A stretch of DNA of 64,000 nucleotides from positions 83,623-147,622 of the IMG/VR virus record IMGVR_UViG_3300044644_001125, one strand, 5' to 3'. The position numbers and the translations under genes are program-made. The notes below the pieces were generated by a model. The model did not search any database. It was not told where the DNA came from and worked only from the letters and a program-made list of their open reading frames with translations. Of the stretch, positions 53,024 to 62,440 are shown one piece after another (positions within the stretch are counted from its first letter, which is position 1; the number at the start of each line of letters is the position of its first letter). The stretch comes from a virus.

Positions 53024-54360
53024 ATGACCAGCATCATCAAAACCAGTCAACATAGTACCAAGTTTGCCAATACAGGCAAGCAGGATATATTGTCTGAATT
53101 TTTAACCGAATATGATAGAATGATATGGTGGTTTGTTGATTACTTATGGGAAACTAAGATCGTGTGGGGATTAAATCAAGTACTAGACGTGAAGAATAAT
53201 CGTTTAGATGTACCTAATTTTATCAATACCGCAGATATAGAATACCATTCCGATTTATCAGCTAGGGCTATAAAATTAGCATCTAGCGAAGCTCTCGCGT
53301 TAGTCAAAGGGCAAACAGAAAAAAGAAGAAAGCAATTCCACGTTCTAGCTAAAAACATGAAAATGGGAACTGTCGGAGAGGTTAAACGACTTCAATCAAA
53401 AATAGATAGCAATCCTCTCACAAAACCAACTACTAATTCCAAAAACCCAAGTGCTAGACTCGATAGTATGTGTTGCAAGTACATACCAACAGAATCGTCA
53501 ATATTCGATGGATGGCTTAAACTCAAATCGATTGGTAAGGTATACGGTCATATCTTCATTCCAATTAAGTTAACCAAACATTCTAATAAGTTAGCCAAGA
53601 AAGGATATTCGATGATGACAACTTGGCGCATTTGTAATAATGTGGTTTCTTCGACTTGGCAAATTGAAAGAAAACCAAGCAGTGGAACTAAAGTTTTAGG
53701 CGCTGACCAAGGAATTAGTACGTGTCTATCACTAAGCGATAGTCAGACCACTGGGGTTTGTAAACATGGACATGATTTAAAATCAATTATAAATAAGCTA
53801 TCAAAAAAGAAAAAGGGTAGTAAGGCTTTTGCTAAGGCACAAGCCCATAGAACCAATTATATCAATTGGTCAATTAACCAATTAAACCTACAAGATGTCA
53901 AAGAACTCAGGCTTGAAAAGTTATTTCAGATGAGGAAGGGTCATAATATAGGTAAACTATTAAGTCATTGGACTTACACACAAATCAATGCACAGATAAA
54001 AAGCAGATGCGAGGAACTAGGCGTCCTAGTTACCGAGCAATCCGCTGTTTATAGAAGTCAGAGATGCAGTGATTGTGGTTGGACGCAGAAATCAAATAGG
54101 AAGGGAAAGGAGTTTATATGCAAGTCATGTGGCCATCACATCGATGCGGATATAAATGGCGCCCTTAATCACGAAGTGGACTTATATCCGCTCCCTATGG
54201 GATTTCGTCATTTGAATATGAATAGAAAAGGTTTCTTTTGGTATGAAACCCAGCTATTCGATTCAACTGGTCAGGAGATTACAGTCCCTGACGTGAAAAA
54301 TATATAACTGTCAACCTTTTTCATAAGTATTAACATTGTATAACTGTCAATCGTTTTACG
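52940..54360 (+). mobile_element. putative TnpB-only IS element (IS1341-like); ends not defined
   Basis: tnpB on opposite strand to flanking backbone genes. TATAACTGTCAA direct repeat at 54304-54352 downstream of stop. Confidence 0.35.
53024..54307 (+). CDS. tnpB: IS200/IS605-family TnpB (OrfB) RNA-guided nuclease homolog
   Basis: C-terminal zinc finger CSDCGW..CKSCGH. RuvC-III IDADINGALN. 427 aa. No adjacent tnpA. Confidence 0.8.
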   Translation: MTSIIKTSQHSTKFANTGKQDILSEFLTEYDRMIWWFVDYLWETKIVWGLNQVLDVKNNRLDVPNFINTADIEYHSDLSARAIKLASSEALALVKGQTEKRRKQFHVLAKNMKMGTVGEVKRLQSKIDSNPLTKPTTNSKNPSARLDSMCCKYIPTESSIFDGWLKLKSIGKVYGHIFIPIKLTKHSNKLAKKGYSMMTTWRICNNVVSSTWQIERKPSSGTKVLGADQGISTCLSLSDSQTTGVCKHGHDLKSIINKLSKKKKGSKAFAKAQAHRTNYINWSINQLNLQDVKELRLEKLFQMRKGHNIGKLLSHWTYTQINAQIKSRCEELGVLVTEQSAVYRSQRCSDCGWTQKSNRKGKEFICKSCGHHIDADINGALNHEVDLYPLPMGFRHLNMNRKGFFWYETQLFDSTGQEITVPDVKNI

Positions 54361-54953
54361 TGATTTAATTTCGTAGTATGATCCACATTGACTGATTTGA
54401 TACTAGCATCAATATGATAGTGACCGTCTATAAACTCACGATTCCAAAATTCAACTAAGGTTTCACCTAGGATGGCTGTGACTTTATACTTACGATAGTT
54501 CTCGTTATAAACACAAGACACAACGGTAATCGTATCTATAACTTTATCACCAACATGGCCTGGTAAGGTTAGATAGGGTGTCATATCAACTGTTTGTCGT
54601 ACCAAATCCATTTGCATTACCATTGGTAGACAAGCAACGACCGAAAACTCAAAAAGATGATGGCTTGTAAATGTATCCATTTGAGCAATCTTTAGTGCTA
54701 GGTGTTGGAATTCTGATATGGTACCTGCGATTTCTAGGAACAGGTATCCTTTGATATGATTACGGCAATCGATAGCGGCTTGGTAGTCTTCATCGGTTGC
54801 TGGAATCTTATTCGTATAAAGCCATTGTTTGATTAGGGCTTTATTTGAAAGACGTGGAGATTCTGAACTCCATTCGTCTGAATTTTGAAGATACTCTCCA
54901 TTGATTCGTTGGGCGGCGATAGCAGCTGCCCAAACTTGTTCGGCCTTGAACAT
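54330..54953 (-). CDS. hypothetical protein
   Basis: 207-aa ORF. Confidence 0.55.
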   Translation of the reverse strand: MFKAEQVWAAAIAAQRINGEYLQNSDEWSSESPRLSNKALIKQWLYTNKIPATDEDYQAAIDCRNHIKGYLFLEIAGTISEFQHLALKIAQMDTFTSHHLFEFSVVACLPMVMQMDLVRQTVDMTPYLTLPGHVGDKVIDTITVVSCVYNENYRKYKVTAILGETLVEFWNREFIDGHYHIDASIKSVNVDHTTKLNHVKRLTVIQC

Positions 54954-55031
54954 TCCATCTACCTCCTTTACTTGATGTATACTAGTATTTACCAGTTTTT
55001 TGGAGGTAGTGTGGTTGGATTGTGGTATTTT

Positions 55032-55877
55032 TTAATGTTTCATGATGGTAACATGAGCCATCTTTTGCCAAGTATCCGCAAATGACTTTTTAAGGTCTGC
55101 TGCTTTGAGAACTGTTCTAATGGATAATTCTCTTAGCTTGTCTGCATTACTCATAACAAAATGAACGATTTCGTCTTCGTGATGGGTTGGGAATTCATAG
55201 TCATCTAGTAGACCATCACTTACGATTTGTTTGATTCTAAGAATACGTTCATGTTGGGTATTCATCTTTAAGTCAATAAAGTGGCATCTTGATTCTAAAG
55301 CAGCCAAATGTTCTTGTAGCTTTTTGCTTTTGATAGAACCAAACTGGACATTAGTAATAAAGATAACACCTGCTTTAAACTCAAATCTTTCTGGGATGTG
55401 TTCACGTCTTAAGAGGTGACTATCGGTATTCCAGCTGACCCATCGTCTTTTAGAAGTATCTAAACAGGCTTTAACGATGTTAAGTGAAACTTCATCCATG
55501 AAGATACCATCAGCATCATCGAATACTAAAACATTACCTTCACCGCTGTATTCGTAGAGTTTACGGTATAAGCCCAATGCACTGATAGCACCTTTAATGA
55601 TTTCGTATTTTGGTTTTCTGTTGGCGATGGTATCGAACAAGTCTTGTTTAGAAAGGATATTCTCGACCCCAAAACTCTTGCCAACTCCTGGTGGGCCTGT
55701 GACAATTAAGGCCCTGATGTTGCCATCTTTTACTGCGGTGGTCATGTGGTCAAGAACTTCAAATCGTTCTCTGATTCTGGTGATGATTTGTTCGTCGGTT
55801 TCGGTTTCTGTAATTTTCATGTAATTGTCCTGTGATGTAGTAAATGTAAGTATATTTGATTTTGTAAGTAATGTCAA
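55032..55877 (-). CDS. AAA-family ATPase
   Basis: Walker A IVTGPPGVGKSF. Walker B VLVFDDADG. 281 aa. Confidence 0.65.
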   Translation of the reverse strand: MTLLTKSNILTFTTSQDNYMKITETETDEQIITRIRERFEVLDHMTTAVKDGNIRALIVTGPPGVGKSFGVENILSKQDLFDTIANRKPKYEIIKGAISALGLYRKLYEYSGEGNVLVFDDADGIFMDEVSLNIVKACLDTSKRRWVSWNTDSHLLRREHIPERFEFKAGVIFITNVQFGSIKSKKLQEHLAALESRCHFIDLKMNTQHERILRIKQIVSDGLLDDYEFPTHHEDEIVHFVMSNADKLRELSIRTVLKAADLKKSFADTWQKMAHVTIMKH

Positions 55878-56065
55878 TCTTTAGTATTTACGATTTCACA
55901 TTTTATTTTCCAGTTACCGAATACTAGGTCATGGTCGTTTGGCACGTCATAACCTTCCTGATTTGCTTTTTCTACCATCGCATCGACAAGATACTTGAAT
56001 ATTGGATCTGGCATCTTGGCAATATCCTCTCTTGTCAATGCGATTTTGACAGGTAACTTCTTCAT
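55874..56065 (-). CDS. hypothetical small protein
   Basis: 63 aa. 4-nt overlap with the AAA ATPase gene. Confidence 0.45.
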   Translation of the reverse strand: MKKLPVKIALTREDIAKMPDPIFKYLVDAMVEKANQEGYDVPNDHDLVFGNWKIKCEIVNTKD

Positions 56066-56382
56066 CTGCAGTCGCGTTTGTAGTAATTTGAGTTGCGATT
56101 TAAAATAATGTATTCATCACACTCACGTTGTCTCCAAGTTTCAACATAGTTAAACTCTTCTTGTCTACGCATTTCGCGTTCACGTTGTAGTTCATAGTTG
56201 AATCTTAGTTCATCCATCTCACGTTGATTCGCTAGTTCTCTATGCAATTCTAAATTGTATTGATAGATAGCATCTTTAGGTGTACCGTATGGTACTGTTT
56301 CTGAGTAGAAGTAAGTACGTTCACCTGCGATAGATGCGGTTGAAGCTACTAATAAGGTCAATGCTGCAATTTTTGATTTCAT
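56062..56382 (-). CDS. secreted charged/coiled small protein
   Basis: Signal peptide MKSKIAALTLLVASTASIAG. Arg/Glu-rich. Confidence 0.5.
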   Translation of the reverse strand: MKSKIAALTLLVASTASIAGERTYFYSETVPYGTPKDAIYQYNLELHRELANQREMDELRFNYELQREREMRRQEEFNYVETWRQRECDEYIILNRNSNYYKRDCR

Positions 56383-56497
56383 TTTTTTCTCCTGGTTAAA
56401 AGTACGATGGCAGAATACTAATATTCTGCCATTTTGTCAACCTTTAGTTGATATAATTGATACCATCAACGCTAGTATTACTGAAAGTGCCAGATAA

Positions 56498-56941
56498 CTA
56501 AGCATATTCTAATACGTCCGATACGGAAACCCAATCATCACTATCAGCAACATAGTACATCCAACCACGTTTTACGCGAACGTAGACATGTTTACTACCA
56601 CGGTGCTTTGTATAGAAATCTTTAAGTTTATCTGCGTTAAAGAATTGTTCGCTGGTCAACTCGGTATCACCTAAGTCACGACCATAGAACGTTGTTTCAT
56701 CAGGTACTGGTGTTTCAATCCCTTGAACTTTCGTTGTTGGAATTACGGTTTCTGCTGTATGGATTGAACCGATGGTAGCACCTAATTCATAGACATCACC
56801 GTATCTAACTAGTGTATTTGAACGTACACAGTCGTAGTATTTGTCTAAAATAGCACCTACGTTTTCGGGTTCACCGTTTTGGTGAACGTAAATCCCTACA
56901 AACATATCCCCCTGTTGCACACCAATTGCACAAGCTGTCAT
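56498..56941 (-). CDS. paralog of 4370-4780
   Basis: Shared TTFYGRDLGDTE motif. Confidence 0.55.
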   Translation of the reverse strand: MTACAIGVQQGDMFVGIYVHQNGEPENVGAILDKYYDCVRSNTLVRYGDVYELGATIGSIHTAETVIPTTKVQGIETPVPDETTFYGRDLGDTELTSEQFFNADKLKDFYTKHRGSKHVYVRVKRGWMYYVADSDDWVSVSDVLEYA

Positions 56942-56959
56942 CTTTTCTCCTACTGGAAG

Positions 56960-57265
56960 TTAATTACAAAAAACATTTGGTGATGCTGTTATGATGACTG
57001 CATCATAAGGTCCATCACCGATCTTATCACCGAGTCTCGCGGTGTGTCTGTTGGTACTGGTATTACCAGATGCCGTTATAATAATACTGGTATGTCCACA
57101 ATCTGTTTCAACTGTATCACCTAATCTAGCAACTTTTCGATTATTAGCAGATACGTTACCGGATGCAGTAATAATCTTGCCAGTTGTTTCAATTGGTGAA
57201 GCATGTGACGAATGTGAACAAGTACCTTGTGTTGTATCGCCTAGTCGTGCTACGCCTCTAGCCAT
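56960..57265 (-). CDS. PAAR-repeat spike-tip protein (T4 gp5.4-like)
   Basis: Three VARLGD / ITASGN(V/T)S repeats; 101 aa. Confidence 0.75.
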   Translation of the reverse strand: MARGVARLGDTTQGTCSHSSHASPIETTGKIITASGNVSANNRKVARLGDTVETDCGHTSIIITASGNTSTNRHTARLGDKIGDGPYDAVIITASPNVFCN

Positions 57266-57909
57266 TAGATTGAATCCAGTTCGCCTAAAACACTTGGGTC
57301 AAAACCAGTATCAGCCAATGCTGCACTTGAAGCACCTGCTGAACCCAATGCTTTATCTGCAGCTGCTTTGATACTTGCTTCTGCTGGGAATGGGTCTTCT
57401 GAAGTCATGGAATCAATCATATCAGAAACACCACCACCGATTACTGAGGCTGCGCCCATAACCAACGAACACCCTCCAGCTATTATAGCACGAACTGCTT
57501 TACCAAGTACAGAGGCCATATCATCAATCACACCAATGATATCTGAGATAACTGATTTCAATTTGTTAATTGCACCAGTAATCATCGATCCAATCTTGGA
57601 AATGACTTCATTTATTTTGGCAATAGCTGCACTGGCTAGTTCACCAATTTTAGCCATGAATTCTTGAACTTTACCAGCAACATTTGCAATCATGTCGGTG
57701 ATACCCTTCATCATAGAACCAATCTTAGCCATTGCGTCGGTAATACCTTTTTGAATATTGGCAAACATAGCAGACGTCTCGGCACTAACCATAGTGCCTA
57801 ATGTTCCGAATATATCACATCCACTACCGGCTTTTGCAGTGAGTGAATCCATATCAGCTGACAACGCTTTTGTTGCAACTGACATATCTGGTAAACCTGG
57901 AATACTCAT
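57265..57909 (-). CDS. Ala/Gly/Ile-rich repetitive protein (possible baseplate/ejection component)
   Basis: Repeats AKIGSMMKGITDMIANVAGK / ISKIGSMITGAINKLKSVIS. Shares stop/start junction with PAAR gene. Confidence 0.55.
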   Translation of the reverse strand: MSIPGLPDMSVATKALSADMDSLTAKAGSGCDIFGTLGTMVSAETSAMFANIQKGITDAMAKIGSMMKGITDMIANVAGKVQEFMAKIGELASAAIAKINEVISKIGSMITGAINKLKSVISDIIGVIDDMASVLGKAVRAIIAGGCSLVMGAASVIGGGVSDMIDSMTSEDPFPAEASIKAAADKALGSAGASSAALADTGFDPSVLGELDSI

Positions 57910-58364
57910 TTGGTCTCCCTCGTTAAAATTTGTTTAATTTTGAAAATGTCATCGGATGTTATACCCGTATGATCGTTTGTTCTGACAAACCGTGATTTTT
58001 GATATGGTAAGAACTCGTCAATATCATCGATTATCGCATAGTTGTAATCTTCTGCCTTAGAACATAACCACTTTTCTATCTCGTATCCACGTCGATATCT
58101 ATTCAATCCAGCATCCATAATACCATTTATTGGAGTTGTATCGATAATACGCGTTCTACAATGAAAACCGGTACGGTAAAGTAATTCCTTTATTTCAGCC
58201 AACGTGTGTATGACGCGCCATGATGAACTGATAACTACCTGGCAATCTAACTCGATGCACAAGTTTCTAACCATGATAACCTTTTCTGGACAAAGGTGAA
58301 TACCTTCAGCCAAGGATGCGGTATTGTTTAATACCCCGTCAAAATCCAGGAATATTAAGTTCAC
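57906..58364 (-). CDS. HAD-like hydrolase (5'-nucleotidase/phosphatase-like)
   Basis: N-terminal MNLIFLDFDGVLNN (DxDG motif I). Confidence 0.5.
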   Translation of the reverse strand: MNLIFLDFDGVLNNTASLAEGIHLCPEKVIMVRNLCIELDCQVVISSSWRVIHTLAEIKELLYRTGFHCRTRIIDTTPINGIMDAGLNRYRRGYEIEKWLCSKAEDYNYAIIDDIDEFLPYQKSRFVRTNDHTGITSDDIFKIKQILTRETK

Positions 58365-58612
58365 TTGGTTAAGCTATCAAGTAGCTTTTGCAATTGGGAA
58401 TTTACAGTTTTGGTTTCTAATACGAACTCACGGTATTCGTCAATTAACTTACGTTCACGGTTTAACGTTTCGAGGATTTGCACTCGTAATTCTGTATTAA
58501 TATCACATTGTTTCATGATAGATGAAATTGACAAAGCATAACCAACCAACATCGAAACCACCGAAATAACAGCATATAGTATCATAGTGCAATCCTCAAC
58601 CGATAGCATCAC
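58361..58612 (-). CDS. small membrane protein
   Basis: N-terminal TM helix; 83 aa. Confidence 0.45.
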   Translation of the reverse strand: MMLSVEDCTMILYAVISVVSMLVGYALSISSIMKQCDINTELRVQILETLNRERKLIDEYREFVLETKTVNSQLQKLLDSLTK

Positions 58613-58812
58613 GCTTCAGTTTCCACTTCTTCAGCAAAGAAGTCGGGCATTTCTAATGCCGCACGATGTAAGTCATAAGTACTTGGATAATGACGTAAAA
58701 TGCTTCTAGCACGTGCTACTACGTCTTTGTTCATGTTTGGTCGAGTGCTGATATCTTTCAAGAATTGCCCAGCCATTTGGACTGCGCGATATCTTTCATC
58801 TGGTGATGTCAT
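58609..58812 (-). CDS. hypothetical small protein
   Basis: 67 aa; 4-nt overlap. Confidence 0.45.
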   Translation of the reverse strand: MTSPDERYRAVQMAGQFLKDISTRPNMNKDVVARARSILRHYPSTYDLHRAALEMPDFFAEEVETEA

Positions 58813-58878
58813 ATGTTGATCCTCTGTTGTTTGTAAAATCTTAGTTTACCGGAATTGGTATGCCTTGTCAACAACTTT

Positions 58879-59037
58879 CTATGCTTTAGTTACAGCGCCT
58901 TGTACGCCAGATAAAGCCAATACAACTGCAATAATAGCTTGTGATTGGTCTGCTGTGTATAAGTTATATGCTGCACCTAGTGATACCAAAGAAACCCAAG
59001 TTGATGGTTCTTTTAATCTAGCTTTGATGTATTCCAT
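58879..59037 (-). CDS. small two-TM membrane peptide (holin-like topology)
   Basis: Start at MEYIKARL after TAGGAGATTTTAAA-ATG. A competing plus-strand ORF overlaps. Confidence 0.35.
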   Translation of the reverse strand: MEYIKARLKEPSTWVSLVSLGAAYNLYTADQSQAIIAVVLALSGVQGAVTKA

Positions 59038-59125
59038 TTTAAAATCTCCTAAAGTTGACAACCGTATTTATCAATTTTTAGGAAGTTGATATTTAGGTTT
59101 TAGGCGTGAAGTACGAGGTTTAAAG

Positions 59126-59152
59126 CCGAGGAGGGCTGATCGCCCTCCTCGG
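59126..59152. other. GC-rich 11-bp-stem hairpin (CCGAGGAGGGC-tgat-CGCCCTCCTCGG)
   Basis: Strong hairpin downstream of 59275-59514. No clean U-tract, so terminator status uncertain. Confidence 0.4.
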
Positions 59153-59274
59153 AACAATTCAAGTTGATTTGCATATCTAAAAGATAATCGTAATAATCTT
59201 CAAGTTCAGATTGAACATCCGGTATGTACTCATTTTTTAATTGATGAGAACCGCCTTTTCCCATAATGCTTGGA

Positions 59275-59514
59275 CTATGTCCAAGTGAGATTTTTGCCTT
59301 CACTTTTTACCACCTCGCTCCAATTATGGATATCGCGTAACGCGAAATCTCTGTAGTCTTGCTTTGCTACATCGTAAGCATGCAGCATCCATTGTTTCTG
59401 TGTATGAAACTTTGTTGTTCCAAAAAAGATACCTTTTGGTACAATGTTTCTATCAGCAGTTTCTCCGCGATAGTTTGTATAGTTGATTGTTACTGTTTTT
59501 TCAGCTAATGACAT
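59275..59514 (-). CDS. hypothetical protein
   Basis: 79-aa ORF. Confidence 0.5.
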   Translation of the reverse strand: MSLAEKTVTINYTNYRGETADRNIVPKGIFFGTTKFHTQKQWMLHAYDVAKQDYRDFALRDIHNWSEVVKSEGKNLTWT

Positions 59515-59613
59515 ACGTCCTCCTTATTGTTAAGATGCGTAGTATATAGGCAAAAACAGAAACTGTCAACCTTTAATATTTAAGTAAATATAGCTATTAA
59601 TCAGGAATAACCT

Positions 59614-60585
59614 ATGAGATTGTACGAATTAAAAGAATCCCAATACACCCGAGATGAGTTACTAGAACTTGACTGGGATGAGCTATGCGAAATGGCCTAT
59701 GGAGTCAAGACAGGTGATATTATCCAACTTGATCCACGAAAAATCAAAATCAAATATACTGATATGGAAAATCCACAGGACTTATTCAACAAGTATGGAA
59801 TGGCTTGGGTTCGTACTGTTAAATTTGATGAGCCAGTTCAGGTATCTCTAGGATTGGATGGGAATCATACTAAAGAAGATTGGTATTTAGAAGATGGGCA
59901 TCACCGAGTATTCGCTGCTCGTAAACTAAAAATGCCAACTATCACCGCTGAAGTGGAACGCATTAACTTAAAAGCGGTTGAGAAGTTACTTGGATTTCCC
60001 AATGCGAAAAAACGTCGTATCAAAGAAGATGAAGATTATCGCGGTGAGCATACCGCACCTTATAATAATGGATATGATAGACCGTTACATGATTTGACTG
60101 GTATCTATCCAGATGATATCTACACGAGTAATGCTGCTAGATTATATAGTTCAGGTGAATCTTACGACAATGCAAGTATTAGTATCATGCAAGGTGCGCG
60201 TGGTAGACCTAATCAAGCAATTAAAATCTACCGCGCCGTACCTCACGAGTTAACCAACGATGAATTAATCAAAAAGTATGAAAAAGAAAAAGCTCTGATG
60301 CTTAAAACTGGTAGACTTCCAACTGGTATCACTGGTTATACGAAAAGTCAGTACTACGAGTTTGTATCCAATGAGCTAGATCGATTAGCTAATGCACCTG
60401 CCACTGCTGCTACCAAAATAGGAATCAATCCAGGTGATTGGGTTTCTATTTCTAAGCAGTATGCTATTGATCACGGTAGAGCAAATCTTGGTAACAAGTT
60501 TAAAGTTATCACCAAGACTGTTAAAGCAAAAGACTTGTACACCGATGGTAACTCGATCCATGAATGGGGCTATTCCCCAATGTAA
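59614..60585 (+). CDS. ParB/sulfiredoxin-domain (ParB-like nuclease) protein
   Basis: WYLEDGHHRVFAARKL contains the DGHHR ParB N-domain motif. 323 aa. Confidence 0.65.
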   Translation: MRLYELKESQYTRDELLELDWDELCEMAYGVKTGDIIQLDPRKIKIKYTDMENPQDLFNKYGMAWVRTVKFDEPVQVSLGLDGNHTKEDWYLEDGHHRVFAARKLKMPTITAEVERINLKAVEKLLGFPNAKKRRIKEDEDYRGEHTAPYNNGYDRPLHDLTGIYPDDIYTSNAARLYSSGESYDNASISIMQGARGRPNQAIKIYRAVPHELTNDELIKKYEKEKALMLKTGRLPTGITGYTKSQYYEFVSNELDRLANAPATAATKIGINPGDWVSISKQYAIDHGRANLGNKFKVITKTVKAKDLYTDGNSIHEWGYSPM

Positions 60586-60812
60586 TATTCTACACGTTTG
60601 TAGATAGTAACATCCAATTCTGCATCCCATGTATAGATATGATGATTGTAGTTACTGTCTACTAACTCGATTTTATCGTCTTTTTCTATAATCTGAATTA
60701 GTTTCAGAGTGGATAGTCCAATCATAACAGTGATCTCAAACGCTTTAGGTACTGAGTAGATAGTATCGTAGGTTAAGATTTCTTTGAGTAAACTGAGTTT
60801 AATATTTTGCAT
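60570..60812 (-). CDS. hypothetical protein
   Basis: 80-aa ORF. Confidence 0.45.
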   Translation of the reverse strand: MQNIKLSLLKEILTYDTIYSVPKAFEITVMIGLSTLKLIQIIEKDDKIELVDSNYNHHIYTWDAELDVTIYKRVEYYIGE

Positions 60813-61153
60813 AATAGTTTCCTTGTTGTTGAGTATTTACCGATATCACGAACTGGTCTGACCGGATAGACCCGATCAGGTTTCCATCCTAGTTCAGCAT
60901 TAGAGTAATGCATTATTATCACATTCCCGTAAAACAAACCAGCTGCGCCAATTTCTTCGAAGGTAGGCAATCTCCAACCTGTTTTACCATCGATGTTCAA
61001 CGAAAAACAATACATGATTGCTTCATCATGAGTAACTTGGATTTGATATTCGAGTGGTGCTACTTCAAAATCCAGTAACAGGAAATCAAGATGATAGCCT
61101 GTAAACCACCATCGGTTATCAAAATCTTGTAATCGTTTTAAATACTTGTTCAT
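60773..61153 (-). CDS. DUF1566-like protein with N-terminal extension
   Basis: Start at MNKYLKRL. MYCFSLNIDGKTGWRLPTFEEI..VYPVRPVRDI. Confidence 0.55.
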   Translation of the reverse strand: MNKYLKRLQDFDNRWWFTGYHLDFLLLDFEVAPLEYQIQVTHDEAIMYCFSLNIDGKTGWRLPTFEEIGAAGLFYGNVIIMHYSNAELGWKPDRVYPVRPVRDIGKYSTTRKLLCKILNSVYSKKS

Positions 61154-61223
61154 GGTTAGTTCCATTATCTTTTAGGTTACTGGCTAAATACCTTTATATT
61201 AACATATTATAGGTGACAAATAC

Positions 61224-61484
61224 ATGAGAATTTCAGAAGTAATCGCAGATTTAGAACTCGATGAAAACGCAGCTGGGTACAAGAAACTAGGTACTAAGAA
61301 ACGTTGTACTAGCATCAACCCAACATCAATGTCTGCAGTCGAATTAAGTAAATGCAAAGCTCGTGGTCATATCGCACGTTCTAATCATAGAAAGATTCGT
61401 GGTCAAGATGGTAAAATGCGTTCTGTCTACGGACAAAAAGAAAAAAGTGAACTATTCGGTGGAGAGTTCCCTTACGACGATTAA
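61224..61484 (+). CDS. hypothetical Lys/Cys-rich protein (MRISEVI N-terminus)
   Basis: KKRCTSINPTSMSAVELSKCKARGHIARSNHRK resembles the C-terminus of 28083-28802. Confidence 0.5.
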   Translation: MRISEVIADLELDENAAGYKKLGTKKRCTSINPTSMSAVELSKCKARGHIARSNHRKIRGQDGKMRSVYGQKEKSELFGGEFPYDD

Positions 61485-61495
61485 GGATTAATCAA

Positions 61496-62239
61496 ATGAT
61501 TTCACAGTTAACAGTATACAAGCAAGCACTACTAATGGCTCAACTGAGCAATTTAGCATATAACGATAACCAACTGTTTAACGACTTTGGTTATGATAGT
61601 ATTTTTCTATCAACGAACGATTCAGAAGCCTATTTCCTTTGGAATGGTAGCGATGCTATCATTGTATGCCGTGGTACACAACCGACTCAATGGAATGACA
61701 TAAAGACAGATTTAGAATTTAAACTAGTTCCAAGTAGCAGCCATCATGGATTGGTTCATCATGGATTTAAACAATATGTAGACAACGTTTGGCCTGATTT
61801 ACTTATCTTATTGAAAAAGTTTGGAAGCAATAGACAACTTTGGTGTACGGGTCATAGTTTAGGTGCAGCGATGGCAACCTTGATTACGTCAAGATGCCAT
61901 CAATTAACTTATCTACAAAATCCAGTGCTATTCACATTCGGTAGCCCAAGAGTCGGTAATGCTGAATACGTTGAGTTTATGAATAGTTTGAATATCGAAC
62001 ATCATAGATGGGTTAATAACTCGGATATCGTTACTAGAAATCCAATAGGCAGTTATATTCATCATGGTGAATTAAATTACATGGACCACGATGGACATGT
62101 AGCAGTGATGAGTTGGTTGCGTAGAGTGATTGACAGATTAAAAGGATTTTGGGTTGGTATTAAGAAAGGCCAGATTAACTTCTATGAAAACCATTCTATT
62201 ACCAACTACGTCAGGAATTTACAGGAGATATCAAAATGA
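61496..62239 (+). CDS. lipase class 3 (alpha/beta hydrolase)
   Basis: CTGHSLGAAMATL nucleophile elbow. FGSPRVGN. 247 aa. Confidence 0.7.
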   Translation: MISQLTVYKQALLMAQLSNLAYNDNQLFNDFGYDSIFLSTNDSEAYFLWNGSDAIIVCRGTQPTQWNDIKTDLEFKLVPSSSHHGLVHHGFKQYVDNVWPDLLILLKKFGSNRQLWCTGHSLGAAMATLITSRCHQLTYLQNPVLFTFGSPRVGNAEYVEFMNSLNIEHHRWVNNSDIVTRNPIGSYIHHGELNYMDHDGHVAVMSWLRRVIDRLKGFWVGIKKGQINFYENHSITNYVRNLQEISK

Positions 62240-62433
62240 AGAAACTAGTAGTTGTTCTTGCGTTATTAATGTCAGGTTGTGCTGCCATTAAAACAACAGA
62301 GTTAATATTATCAGAAGTAGTTGCGGATTACTGCAAGGCCCCAGAAGCAGGTAGAGCAATCATCCAAGCACAGGTTCATTCAGTGCTTGATCCTAACACA
62401 ATCAAAATTGTGTGCGCTGCTGACCAACAGTAA
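62236..62433 (+). CDS. small lipoprotein
   Basis: MKKLVVVLALLMSGC lipobox. 4-nt overlap with the lipase gene. Confidence 0.5.
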   Translation: MKKLVVVLALLMSGCAAIKTTELILSEVVADYCKAPEAGRAIIQAQVHSVLDPNTIKIVCAADQQ

Positions 62434-62440
62434 TTTGCCG

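Noticed and set aside
59100-59303. 67-aa minus-strand ORF
   Set aside because: It uses a GTG start with no SD. Its 3' half is the 11-bp GC hairpin at 59126-59152, which is more plausibly a transcript-end structure.
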